This document shows, in pieces, positions 12,315 through 24,326 of a stretch of DNA of 64,000 nucleotides. The stretch covers positions 2,728,001 through 2,792,000 of the forward strand of contig CM038999.1 of the NCBI GenBank assembly GCA_017499595.2, written 5' to 3'. The position numbers were made by a program, and so were the translations under genes. The stretch's first letter is position 1. Every line of letters starts with the position of its first letter. Below the pieces are notes generated by a model, which saw only the letters and a list, made by a program, of their open reading frames with translations, did no database searches and was not told the origin of the DNA. This stretch comes from Psilocybe cubensis (Eukaryota).

Positions 12315-13605
12315 ATGTTTTCTCAGGCGATGTACGCTTCAAGGCGTATATCTTCGCGTCGGTCTGCCCAGGTATATCGGCACCTCATTAAATCCCGACT
12401 TGTGACGACAACGGCTTCTACGGAAAACAACCAACTAGCTGCTCGACCACCATTGCGAACAGCATACCTGAAAGCATGGGAACCTATAAAGAATGTGGCG
12501 GATGTATATGCTCTTTTGCAAGCATTAGAGCGCAAGTACGGCAAGGTAATAGATGCACATTTCGCCAAGGTCAGTACTGCCATTCCTTTCACGCCCATTC
12601 AATCTATTGACATAGACCACCAGGACTTTGAGGACCCAATGAGGAACCAATTAATTGCATGGATTATTTTTGAAGATCCCAAATCTTTGCAACGCATACC
12701 ACCGGACGGCGCTGATATTGTCGTCCCTACCGCAAATGTGACCTGCGAACAGCATGAAATCAGCTTAGCAGACCTCGAACCCCTTTCTCAGAGTCTAGAC
12801 TACGAAAAAGAATACGAATTTCCGCCCACTTCGCCCGAGCAGAAGGGAAAAGTTATTGGTTGTCGCGTTAGTCGCGCAGGTCAGTCGGTGGCGCGTCTTA
12901 ATGTTTCTTATTAACACCAACATGCCTGCTCAAGAATTTGATTACTCAACAAACCAGAAAGAAACTATCTTCCAAGTAACACCAAAAGGCGTTGCTTTCT
13001 CCTTCCTCCGGTTTGGTGGTTTCCATAATTTAACCCCCCTCGACCTACCTCGAGACATTGCTGAAGGTCAACTCTTTGCCAACCCTACCCTGGACAATGT
13101 CCGCATGCGGGCGGCGTTACAGCTATGCTCAAACATAACCGGACTTCCGAATCCGGCCCTAGCGCAGAAAGAAAGACAAAAATCGTCATCAGCAGAATCG
13201 TCTCCGATTGCTGCTCTTCTGTTCGGCGAAGGCGCGTCATCACAGGCCTCGCAAACCAACACTCCATCACCGATACCACCCAAACCGACGTCGACGAAAG
13301 CTGCTACATCTAAACCCAAACATGTGGAAGTTACACCCCCACCTCCTAAAGAAAAGGATGCTGCTACTATTGCTAAAGAACTGGCAGATCAAGAATCTTT
13401 AAAACGACAACTCGAAGTTGCAAGGCGACTAGCGCAATCTTCATCGACAGCGACGAGAAGAAAGCAGCCTAAACCACAACCAAAGGTAGCAAAACCTAAA
13501 TCCCCTCAATTTTTTGCCGATGAGTTCCTTCCTGACGAAGAAAACGCGGCGAAACAAAAAGTTGGCGTCCTGGACAAGCTGTGGGGCATATTCGGACGGA
13601 AATGA
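12315..13605 (+). CDS. Hypothetical protein, probable mitochondrial presequence
   Basis: ORFs 12315-12914 and 12856-13605 can be joined by short introns. R/S-rich, acid-free N-terminus; ends KLWGIFGRK. Start codon (12315 or 12330) uncertain. Confidence 0.65.
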
Positions 13606-13987
13606 TTGCACCTTTTTTGAGTTATCGTCGCGAGCATTGTGTTTTGACGAATCAATGCTCTTTAGATACTAACATAGTGGTGCCTTCGGTGGGGGTGCTG
13701 TACAGCTAATACATAATGTTATTGTGCACCACTGGGTTAATGTGAATTCGCAACCATAATTGTTTTGTTATAGTGGACTAATGAAGATAAGCAGACCTCA
13801 CTATCAAATAGATGTGTCAACCCTATGCAGCCTGTCCATTCTGCATTGAAATAGCTGGTATAACGTATGATGGACGAAGGACATGTTTAAAAAACCGAAG
13901 TATATGTCGCCCACGCCTCTTTCATATAAATTCATGACTTTGTCCAAACTTTCCTTTTAAAGCGCTATAGATGAAAGAAGCTGAGCT

Positions 13988-14797
13988 TTAGGACATTGAA
14001 GCCTTCTTGGAGATTAAGGCTTTCACACCCTTTATCGCGTTTTCTCTGGCGTGAATAAGACGCTTCGCTTTGCTCAAGTCTATACCGCTGTAATCCGATT
14101 TTTTGGCCGCCCTTGGAATTGCATGAATCGCAGGTGACGAGGGAACGTTAGTGCCAGAAGACTCGTTATTGTTTAAAGCGGCTAGTTTTTCCCTTTGAAC
14201 AGAAAGCAAATCGTCCAGGGTCCGCAGTGTAGTGATACAGTCCTGAAGTTCTTCCGAACGTTTAAATTCCTTGCAAACTTCTGTTGCACAAGTTTCTATG
14301 TGCGTGAAACGCACAGGCCCCAGCATTATACCTCCATACCTGAACCACGGAATCAGAGAACGAGGACAAAGTTGTATTAAGAGGGATACGTACCATCGAC
14401 TAACAATCACTACTGCGTCAATCACTGCAAGATCTTCCATCACCTTTAATACTTTTCCGCCCGCCCAACTTTCACCGTCATCCTTACTACCTTGCACGAG
14501 TTCAAAATCTTCCGGACCTGAGAGGCCTGACTTCCCTTGCTTGAGCACCATGCACCTCCAGGCAGAGATTTCATGTGTTGCCTTTCGCTGACGATGAACG
14601 GTGTGTTTAAGGTGATTCAGACGTGCTCTGGCCTCCTCAGGTGTAGTGGCACGATAGATATTGGCGACAAATAGTGAGCCGCGATCTCGAACTTCTTGCG
14701 ATGTGGCTATCGGGTCAGGCTGCGGTCGGGCATGAGATATGAATGCATCCAGACTGCCATCCAGGTCTCTAGAAAGAAATAGTTCTGCTTGTGACAT
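13988..14797 (-). CDS. IMPACT/YigZ (UPF0029) domain protein, no RWD domain evident
   Basis: DRGSLFVA, ATHEISAWR, DDGESWAG, VIVSRW|YGGIMLGPVRFTHI (intron after SRW). The 5' end may instead begin at ATG 14915 through an intron. Confidence 0.85.
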   Translation of the reverse strand: MSQAELFLSRDLDGSLDAFISHARPQPDPIATSQEVRDRGSLFVANIYRATTPEEARARLNHLKHTVHRQRKATHEISAWRCMVLKQGKSGLSGPEDFELVQGSKDDGESWAGGKVLKVMEDLAVIDAVVIVSRWYVSLLIQLCPRSLIPWFRYGGIMLGPVRFTHIETCATEVCKEFKRSEELQDCITTLRTLDDLLSVQREKLAALNNNESSGTNVPSSPAIHAIPRAAKKSDYSGIDLSKAKRLIHARENAIKGVKALISKKASMS

Positions 14798-15031
14798 TCC
14801 AAAAATATAAGGTCAAGCTATATTCTTCGTCATTTGGATCAAATTGAAAGTCGGAGCACTGATATATTGAAGAAAGAACGGAAGTATATTCTTCTATTGT
14901 GGACAAAGGGGCCATTGTATTTGCGGTTGTTTGGTTTGCAGGCCGCAGGAATCCGCTGTTCACCATTTTGGTATCACCAATAGCAATCCCCTCAAGATCG
15001 TCAACGACGCCGGCACACCTCAAGACTGAAA

Positions 15032-15726
15032 ATGGGCTCCACTAGGTGAGATATGATCTTGTTGGGAGTAGGGGATCGTATGGTCGAAATTGCGGAGGAA
15101 GGCAGATAGTGGAAGAGGATGGATTGTGTGGAGAAACTTTGGATGACGGTCCCATCAATTTACGGCCTGACGAATAGGACCCTCGCGTTCCCTTATTCCT
15201 GCAATTTTTCTTTTGGCGTCGAAACGCTGACCTGCCTTGGATAATGCAGATTGTACAGCAAAGGTCGCGTTCTCGGTCACAAGCGTGCCAAACGCAATTC
15301 CCGTCCCAATACTTCTCTGATCCAGATTGAGGGCGTTGCTACCAAAGAGGATGCCCAATTCTACCTCGGAAAGGTGCGCCCCATTTGAAGGATCTACAAC
15401 TGTCTTTATCTTATGTTTCGGGTCAGCGCGTGGCCTTTGTTTACAAGGCTAAGCGGGAGATCCAAGGGTCAAAAATCCGTGTCATCTGGGGGTGCGTTTG
15501 CAGTGTATAGTATGATCTTGCAAGTCAATTCTCAAATATGTTACTCTGCATTTAGGCGAGTCACCAGGCCTCATGGATCTTCAGGTGTTGTGAAGTCAAA
15601 ATTCCGAAGCAACCTCCCCCCACAGGCATTCGGCGCCAGCGTCCGTGTTGTACGTTTTAATCCGCTCTGGAATCTTATTCTTGCTCCTAAATCGATATAC
15701 AGATGCTCTACCCCTCCACCATCTGA
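15032..15726 (+). CDS. RPL33: 60S ribosomal protein L33 (eL33/L35a)
   Basis: Five exons giving [106 protein letters not shown]. Confidence 0.97.
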
Positions 15727-16494
15727 TTTGAGATTGGACGTACATGGTCTTCTATCTCATTCCGTATTGTATGTTGCAATATGACATGTTTGCATGCGCT
15801 ATCAAATATGAACAATCCACTGAACCATTCTCATGGCACCTCTGATTACTCTTCTCCTCCTGGTCATCCCATTATTCGATTTATGGATGGATACTCAGTC
15901 GCGCATCTATGGCAAGAAGGACGTTATTGAATAGGACGGACTGAGGATCCTGATTCAATGGCCTGAAAGATGAACCTAGTTTGCGATATAAGACGAACAA
16001 GGCTGTAAACGATATTTTGATGCCATGCTTGTGTCATTAAGGTGTCCTGTATAGTAATGCATTGGTTAAGAATACCAACGCTTTGCTCAACGGCGATAAA
16101 AGTTGAGCATTCTGCAACAAGTCGGACAGCACGGAAAGGCTTGGCATAGTTCTGTGTTTCCGCCGAGCATTTATTCCTTGATTCTTACATTCGTTAAGGC
16201 TCATAATTCTCCAAGATACGTGGAGTCTAATCTAAGCCATTAAACATATCAGACATAGTAGGTACTGCCTGTGTAGACCTCTAGCGATAGGCGCTGAAAA
16301 ACATTGCTCCCGGTATCTTGTCCAGTGGCACCACGGTCACATGGGTCACACATCAATGGACGATAGCCGGTGCCTCCATCTGCATCAGGTCCCGGATCTT
16401 CCTCTACCCATTGCTACCGACTCAGATACAGAACACCACTTGAATTCTTGTACTCCCTCTCTTTTCCTTGTTGGCTTCTGTGTCTTACGGGAAA

Positions 16495-18560
16495 ATGTTG
16501 CATTTATACCGCCAACACACCCCTCGCTTCGCCCGTACATCTCTTGCTATTCACTCGACCAAGGATGGGATACTTTCAGTACCAAGCCGGCGGAAAGCAT
16601 CAGGTAGCTTGATCATTGCTCTCAGAAATTTCCGTGAAGTACTGACTGAGTTAATAGGCTATGCAAAATTTAATTGGGAGGTATAGCTCTCCGCATACTT
16701 CTATGTGTTTTGGACTAACTCGGCCTTTAGGATCCCTTGAACTTAGAGTCGCAACTAACGGACGAAGAAATTGCCATCAGGTAATCTTGCATCTATCATA
16801 ATTAACTGGGTCTCTCAAAGTTCAATAAAGAGACACCGCACGTTTCTATTGCCAGGTATTTCCTTCATTCCTAAGTACAGTGATAGCCTTATTTACCAAT
16901 GTTGCTCACTCCTCTAGGAAAATCTCATGCCTAGAGTTCTACATGGATGGCGTACTGAAGGTTTGTTTTTGCTGTAACCATAAATATATCTCCGTCCAAT
17001 AACCCAGTCTTTAACGCTAGAGTTTAACCACGATATCATTCCTGAGATGGGTAAACTTGGCTTACTTGGTCCTACTATCCAAGGCTATGGATGTGCCGGA
17101 GTAAGCAATGTTGCATACGGGCTGATTGCAAGAGAGATAGAAAGGTTTGTCGATATTCAACCTACATTTAGAGTCTTCTCTAGACTGTTTTTAGAGTTGA
17201 CTCAGGATATCGTTCAACTGCATCTGTTCAATCTTCACTGGTCATGCATCCCATCAACGAATTCGGCACTGACGCTCAGAAGGAAAAGTACCTTCCTCGA
17301 CTTGGTGTGTCTTTATTTCAACAAATGTGACCTTTTCATCGAGCCTGTCTATAGCAAAGGGAGAGATCGTTGGTGCATTCGTGAGTTAAGATGTCCAACT
17401 TCCCGCTTTCATTTCTTGACGTCATTTTTTAGGGTCTTACAGAACCCAACCATGGATCTGATCCGGCAGGCATGGAGACGACAGCAGAGGAGGTAGATGG
17501 AGGGTTTATTATCAATGGAAGCAAAACTTGGATATCCAATGCGCCAGTAGCGTGAGTTCTTGCGCCAAAATACCTAAAGATCTAAATGCAAAAGTTCGTC
17601 TTTTCCAGTGATGTATTCATCGTATGGGCGAAATGTAAATGGGACAACCGCATCCGTGGCTTTATTCTAGACAAGGCAAATGATTATTCAACAGTTGCAT
17701 GATTTTGGGAATTCATTGCATCTACAGGGGCTCAAGGGTTTAACTGCACCCCCAATCAAAAACAAACTGGCACTTCGGGTCTCTCTCACTGGATCCATCT
17801 TCATGGACTCAGTACGAGTTTCACACGATGCACTGCTTCCCAAGTCCAAGGGCCTTGGTTCACCATTTTCATGTTTAAATTCGGCAAGGTATTCTTACCA
17901 TGCGATGTCGTCATATGCTCTTATTTTTTCTCACTGTTTTCAACAGATACGGTATTTCATGGGGTGTAATGGGTGCTCTGGAAGATTGTATTGAACGCAC
18001 AAGGGCATACGCACTGGAGCGCCATCAATTCAATCGCCCGTTAGCATCCTTCCAGCTGGTGCAGAAGAAACTCGTGGATGCCCAAACTGAAGTTGCTTAT
18101 GGTCTCCAGGCAAGTCTGCAAGTAGGAAGGCTAAAGGACCAAGGCAAACTCGCGCCCGAGATGATTAGCATGGTTAAGCGTAACAATTGCGGTAAGGCAT
18201 TGCAGCATTCCCGGGTTGTTTTGGATATTTTGGGTGGAAATGCATGTGCCGACGAGTATGTTTCTCTTTCCTTCCTTTTTCTTACCTTTTTACTGACTTT
18301 TGGTGATTTAAAGATATCACGTAGGACGACATGTAGCAAACCTACAAGTTACCAACACATACGAAGGTTAGTTCTTTCTCTCTGATTCTCTGACAAGACC
18401 GATTTTCATTTGCAATATTATTTTCTCACAGGAACTAATGTGAGTTGACTGACAACATAAAATGGATCGTGTGGTTCTGTATTTACGCATTGAATCAAAG
18501 GACATCCATGCTCTTATATTGGGCAAGGCGATGACGGACATTCCCGCTTTCGCCAATTAA
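16495..18560 (+). CDS. GCDH: Glutaryl-CoA dehydrogenase (mitochondrial acyl-CoA dehydrogenase)
   Basis: [62 protein letters not shown] and [14 protein letters not shown]; many short introns. Confidence 0.95.
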
Positions 18561-18717
18561 AACGTGTGTTGGGCAGACAACCATATTGGAGCATGATAGT
18601 ATACATGAAATCAATAGGACTCTCAACCACTTTTCTCCTGTACAAGTACACATTTTATGGCGATACAGCTATGCATCCCTCACCAATCGATAAAGTACAT
18701 CCATAAGCAATCAATAA

Positions 18718-21154
18718 TTACACGTCAGCGTTGCGCATGGTAGGATCTATCCAGTCCAAACCAAGGATGTTGAATACTTCTTCCTCACTACGAGGTATAA
18801 ATAGTTTGGAGTCATGACGCCGATTGCTATTGTCCGTCGACTGCGTTAAGAACAACCTCGCATTGCCAGAAGATTAGTAAAAAAATCATGCTTACATCCC
18901 AGAACTGTCGAACTTCATTCCTCTAAAAAATGAAATCATAAATATGAGTCCATCTGAGAGACAACAAAAGTTAAACTTACTTCTCGGCTTTGGCCCAAAG
19001 CCTCAAATCACGTTCGAACATCTTGGACCCCGACCTACATGCGGCAGAAGATAACGGATATTACATTACATATTAATGAGTGAATATCAAGCATACTGGG
19101 CGGATTATAAACGACTATGACTCACCAGCCGATGACAGCCGTCCAATATGCTTCTGGCGTCGCAAATATTAGATCTAATCGTCGATGAAGACGTTTCGTT
19201 TCTTCATCGCCGGGATTGGGGAGGACAAATACGGTCAAGGCCTTTTCCAGAGAATCCCAGTGTGTTGTTCGTAAAGCATCATGTGCATGAAAGCTAGAAA
19301 GGTCTACCAACAATGGTAGAAGAACTTAAGTACATCCTAACCTTTCCATGACGGCGAATGAGGTAGAACGTACGCAAACAATGTGTCACCATCTCTGGTA
19401 AAAATAAATCATGTTGTCAATGTTTTAATTTAATAAAGCCAAAACATGGATATGACCCACCGTGGTCGTATAGATGTTTTGTGAATCTTGTGCAAAGGCC
19501 TTTAATGATGCTCGGTCCTTTCTCCAAGTCTGGGTAGCTAAAAACTATATCTACGTCATTGCTTTGTGGTTTACCGCGCCGGAAACTTGAAAAACGAGTT
19601 AGAAAGATCCGTACCCAACTATAAAACCTTAGATTTGAAATGGCACCCACCCGCCAACAACGGTGCTCACACACCCTGGCTGTATCTTATCCAGTTCAAG
19701 CATAATGATTCGGTGCATTTCTGCTACTTCCTCTCGTGATATTGGAATCTCAAATTCATTTCTGAGAATAAGTGAGACCTGGATAGACATGTCAGGAACT
19801 TTATTCTTCGTCACTATTTTCCGTCCATTAGGAGTGACATGCGAGGCGGCGAGTGTAACCAGGGTCGAGTCGGCGGTGACGTCATAGTATCTTTCGAGGT
19901 CGTCCATGTTTCGCAATCCGAGATCGTACAATTTTCGGGCATTCGAAGGACCTATACCATATACTGTAGCAAATTCCGAGAGTGCTTGGTAACGTTCAGA
20001 TAGTCGTGTTCTCCCTGAGAAGAGTGGTCAAATTAAAGAAAATCGACATTGTGTTGATCAGGACATACGAGCTTCTTCTATGTAGCCGTTCTTGATAAAT
20101 TCGCGTATCTGTCAATCCAAAATTTAAGAAAAACTATTTACAGAGAGAGACCAGGATTGCAAGCTTGCCTTTGATAGGGTCTTGTTCCCGAGTCCTGGTA
20201 GATTAACGATATCCCTCGAAAACGTCTCGTTAGTGATGGGATACGGGTATGCTTGCCGAAGGCATCTATGAGTTGTTTTGTAGTAAGGGTGAATCCGTAA
20301 TAAGTATTTACATTTAATGATCTAGCAAGAAGAACATTAGTGGTATAATGGTTTACTTATATTTTGACTTTGCATACCGCAACGGCTCGCTCGTAGCTCA
20401 AAGCATTGATACCCATTCCTTCAAGTTCTCGCGATCGACCTAGCACTCCCAGTTCAGCTACCAAAGTTTGGTTTACGCACACAAGTGGAGATGCGCGTGT
20501 ACAGGCATATTTCGACCTCCAATTCTCTATGACGCGTGGATGGGTTGGCTTTACCGCCTGTTCCTCATGCCTTGGAGAATACACGGAAATTTGATGATGA
20601 AGCGTCCCGCGCGTATCATCTTTGCCTTCTTCCGAGTCGGGGCAATGTTCCACTGTTTCGTCATGTAGTTCAGAGATTGCAGCATAACAGCCACATTGAA
20701 CAGGTTTTCCTTGCTTCACGGAATCATAAATCCATTCAGGTGTCACAATACATTTCTGTCTCTACAAGACTGTTAGGCAAGGTAAATAGCAAAATCGCAG
20801 ATCAGAAAGGCGAACCGCAAGATCCCATTGTAGGTGCCTCTCGAAGCGCTTCTTCATTCGAATCTTTGTGACAATGACATCGGCCGCTACAGGGTTGTTA
20901 CACAGCTCCAGATGCAGTTTGCGAGTCTTGCTGATACCAGCAGCGGAGGCACCGTTTGATTCGATCATGTGGAAGAGCTCGTCGACTTCATTGCTGGCAA
21001 GTTTTTCCTGTAAAACATACACTTTCAAGGGGGTCTGTTCCTCTTCTGATAAGCTGTCGTCGTATCTGCTCCTGGGACGCTTGCGAGGCGTGCTTGCGGT
21101 GCTTGAATTCGAAGAAGGAGAGAGAGATCGACGTGTTATAGAAGATCGCTTCAT
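18718..21154 (-). CDS. Family X DNA polymerase (pol mu/lambda-like) with N-terminal BRCT-like region
   Basis: VTPEWIYDSVKQG (BRCT end), LSYERAVA, YGIGPSNARKLYDLG (HhH), VGGFRRGKPQSNDVDIV (catalytic DxD), RRLDLIFA..IGW and EEVFNILGL..IDPTMRNADV*. Confidence 0.92.
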
Positions 21155-21757
21155 GGCAGAGCAACCAAATTGGGGACCTTAGTGGTTCTCGATAATAGAG
21201 ACCACGTTAGTACAAATCCGCTTTATATTGAACGTTGATAGTATGGAGTTCAGCAGGAGCCAGTGCTTGCCACTTATGACATCCAAGCTTTGCATATATT
21301 TGACACCTTGAGCCTCCGATAATCGACGTTGAACAACATCAAGTGAAACCATTTGATCATTTCAATACCCAACTTGGAAGACATTCCTACACTGGCGCTT
21401 AAAGCTGAGACACACGAGGCTCATTTGGCGCCGACGGAATATGAAGGCACGTTGGAGGGTGAGGTGACTATTTAGATGCTTTGATATGCATCATCGCGCA
21501 GTAGAGTCACATGAGATTCGCTTGCAGCGGACCATCGAAGAATGGATTACTCGAGCACGAAAATAACTGGAAAGGACCTTTGAGGATAACCAAAGTCCCC
21601 GGGTAAGGTGTTTTCCGCTGAGAATGGCGTGGGAAGTAATTGCTTCATAATGAGTGGTAGAGTCCTGTGTTGATTTAACCTTGTACACTACATAAGTATT
21701 ATACTCCTTCTCTAATTCATCATCATCCACCCTCCCGGTCCCCTCTCTCCTTTCCCA

Positions 21758-22975
21758 ATGTCCGCCTCTCCCCACCTCACCGAGTCCTTCACAAACCCCG
21801 AGGGTTATACCTTTCCTCATGGTCGTCTCTCCACCGTCCTCCAAAATCCCAACAAAACTCCAATCGTCCTCGTAGCATGCGGTTCCTTCAGTCCAGTCAC
21901 TTATCTCCACCTCCGCATGTTCGAGATGGCCAAGGACTATGTCAGGCAAAATACCGATTTCGAGATCCTAGGCGGTTACCTCAGTCCTGTGAGCGACATG
22001 TACAAAAAACCTGGGTTGCTTAGTGCTCGCCATCGGTAAGCTAGCTGTCTTTCTTTGTCACATCCTTCGTCGCCTAGGCTATCCATACCCATCGTTCGTG
22101 CGTTTGCAATCCTCCGGACCATACGATATGGTCCCGCTGCACTGTATCTTGCCGGATTTCCGATTTCGGCTAATCACTCCGGTCGCATGACGCCTGCAGA
22201 GTTCACGCCATTTTCTTGACATAACCGCTCTATGTTCTCATGTCCCAAAATTAATTTGTTCTAATGCTGACTCGCTTTCCACAGCGTGAACATGTGTACG
22301 TTGGCTGCTGAGGATTCGGATACATGGTTAATGGTTGATCCATGGGAGGCTTTCCAATCGTACCAACGAACAGCCATCGTGCTCGACCACTTTGATCATG
22401 AAATCAACACCGTTCTTGGTGGCGTACAGACTGCATCTGGGGAAAAGCGGAAGGTTCGCATTATGCTCTTGGCCGGTTCTGACCTCATTGGAACCATGAG
22501 CGAGCCAGGGGTCTGGAGTTATTCTGATGTTTGTCATTTGTCCACAATGCTACAAAGCGACCAATTGACAGCATTATATAGCTTGAACACATTCTCGGCC
22601 GCTATGGCTGTTTGATTGTGGAGCGTGCTGGTACTGGGATGGATCAAGCTACTGATAATCTTGCTCGCTGGCGAAGCAATATATACCTGATCTCACAATT
22701 GATCCAAAATGATGTATCGAGCACCAAGGTATGCCCATCATTATTGAAATCGTTAATATGATCTATTCTAAGTAAATTTCATTTGACAGGTTCGCCTTTT
22801 CCTAAGAAGAGGTTTATCGGTTCGTTATCTCCTGCCCAACTCGGTGGTAGACTACATAGAACAGAACGGACTGTATCAAGACGAGACGACTTCCAATCTA
22901 TCAGCAAACTCTAACCCAGACAAGGGAAAGGAAAGGGAGCCTGTAGCAGGGGCATCAAAGAAAGAAGTTCATTGA
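21758..22975 (+). CDS. NMA1: Nicotinamide/nicotinate mononucleotide adenylyltransferase (NMNAT)
   Basis: ACGSFSPVTYLHLRMFE, SPVSDMYKKPGL, VDPWEA, LLAGSDL, NDVSSTKVRLFL..SVRYLLP; stop 22973-22975. Confidence 0.95.
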
Positions 22976-24326
22976 CCGCGTGGATCACTATGTACAAGAA
23001 CTAGGATGTCGGAATATTGTAGGGTGTAAGTGTTTCTAGCGTCGTATATCTCATACCGGGCGGAGCGCTGAATCTTTTTAACAATCTTCAGATTGTTGAT
23101 TTATTAAATTTAAGGATGTATCATATTCGATGGGTAGACGATTCAGGAGCTGGTGTGGTGCACATACCTTCGATCTAATCTTGGATGGACTTTTATTGGG
23201 AATTTCTCTGTAATTCATTGCATTACAGTGCTCTTTTTACTGGGTTCTCGCAAGACAATCACGATGCGATTATGTAAGTGTTATTTTCTATCATCTAAGA
23301 ATATGATGTTTTCACAGCAGAAGACGACAGTACAGCAGGTTTAGCACACAGAGTGGTATTGGGGTCCAATTAGCCCGGCTCGACTGTCCCTATGCTCTAC
23401 GGGTCTTACTTTGTAATTTATAGTTCGGTGTGCGCCACCACCAAATGTGGATCTTTCCAGGATGGCGTTTGAGACCTGAGAAAAATTGCAACGTTTACGT
23501 CGAATTTTCTGCAGCTGGATCGGTCGTGATTATAAGCATACTTAAAGTGGCTCTACTTGCCTCAAGGTATGCCCTCATGAATATGGCTGTGACTCTTGAG
23601 TCGCGATTCAAGTAGTACTTCCACTGCAAATTTGACCTTCAACGTCCTTCGTGTAAGTGCTTATGCTCTTTTTATCGTTCTCTCGTCAATGACTAGGCTT
23701 CGTTTAGTGCAGACTCTTTGAACGTTTCACTCATGATGCGACCTTCGCAGTCCCTCATTGTTCGTCATCCGCAGTTGCTCACTGACTGCATGGTCCTTTT
23801 GAGTCATTCAGCGCAACGCCGCTGCGAAAATAGCTATCTCAAGCTTCTAGCGATTGCCTTGACGCCACAGTCCAATTGGATTCTCCGGCGAAACAAATTG
23901 CGGGTTCACTCTGACTTATAGTCTTTCGACAAGAGAAAATTCCAACATATTATTGGTCAACTTTGCTTTGCATACCGCAAGCCATTTCTTACGTACTATC
24001 GCAACGCTCTGACCCCGGATATCTAGAGCATGGTGCTGCGAGTTGTCAACTCGGGATTATCTTCGCAAAAGGGACATCTTGTGAGCTTCATCTTCTTCTC
24101 TGATCTAAGTGCTCTCGGAAGACCAGCTCCCGTAGAGGTGCTTTAAGCTGCTTCCAGGCAGGTGACCAGTCATTTGTGAGTCTTCCTGGTCAATTTTCTT
24201 ACTCCTATCAAAACTCATGGTTGATATTGAAAAAGGTTGTGGAGTTATAAAGCCCATGTAGCCTTTGAAAATGTAAACCCTCAACGCCCAGAATTGTACA
24301 CACAAGCAAACATAACGGTATACAGA

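Noticed and set aside
15046-15249. snoRNA in the 204-nt first intron of RPL33
   Set aside because: No canonical RUGAUGA C box with a terminal stem; long first introns are common in ribosomal protein genes.
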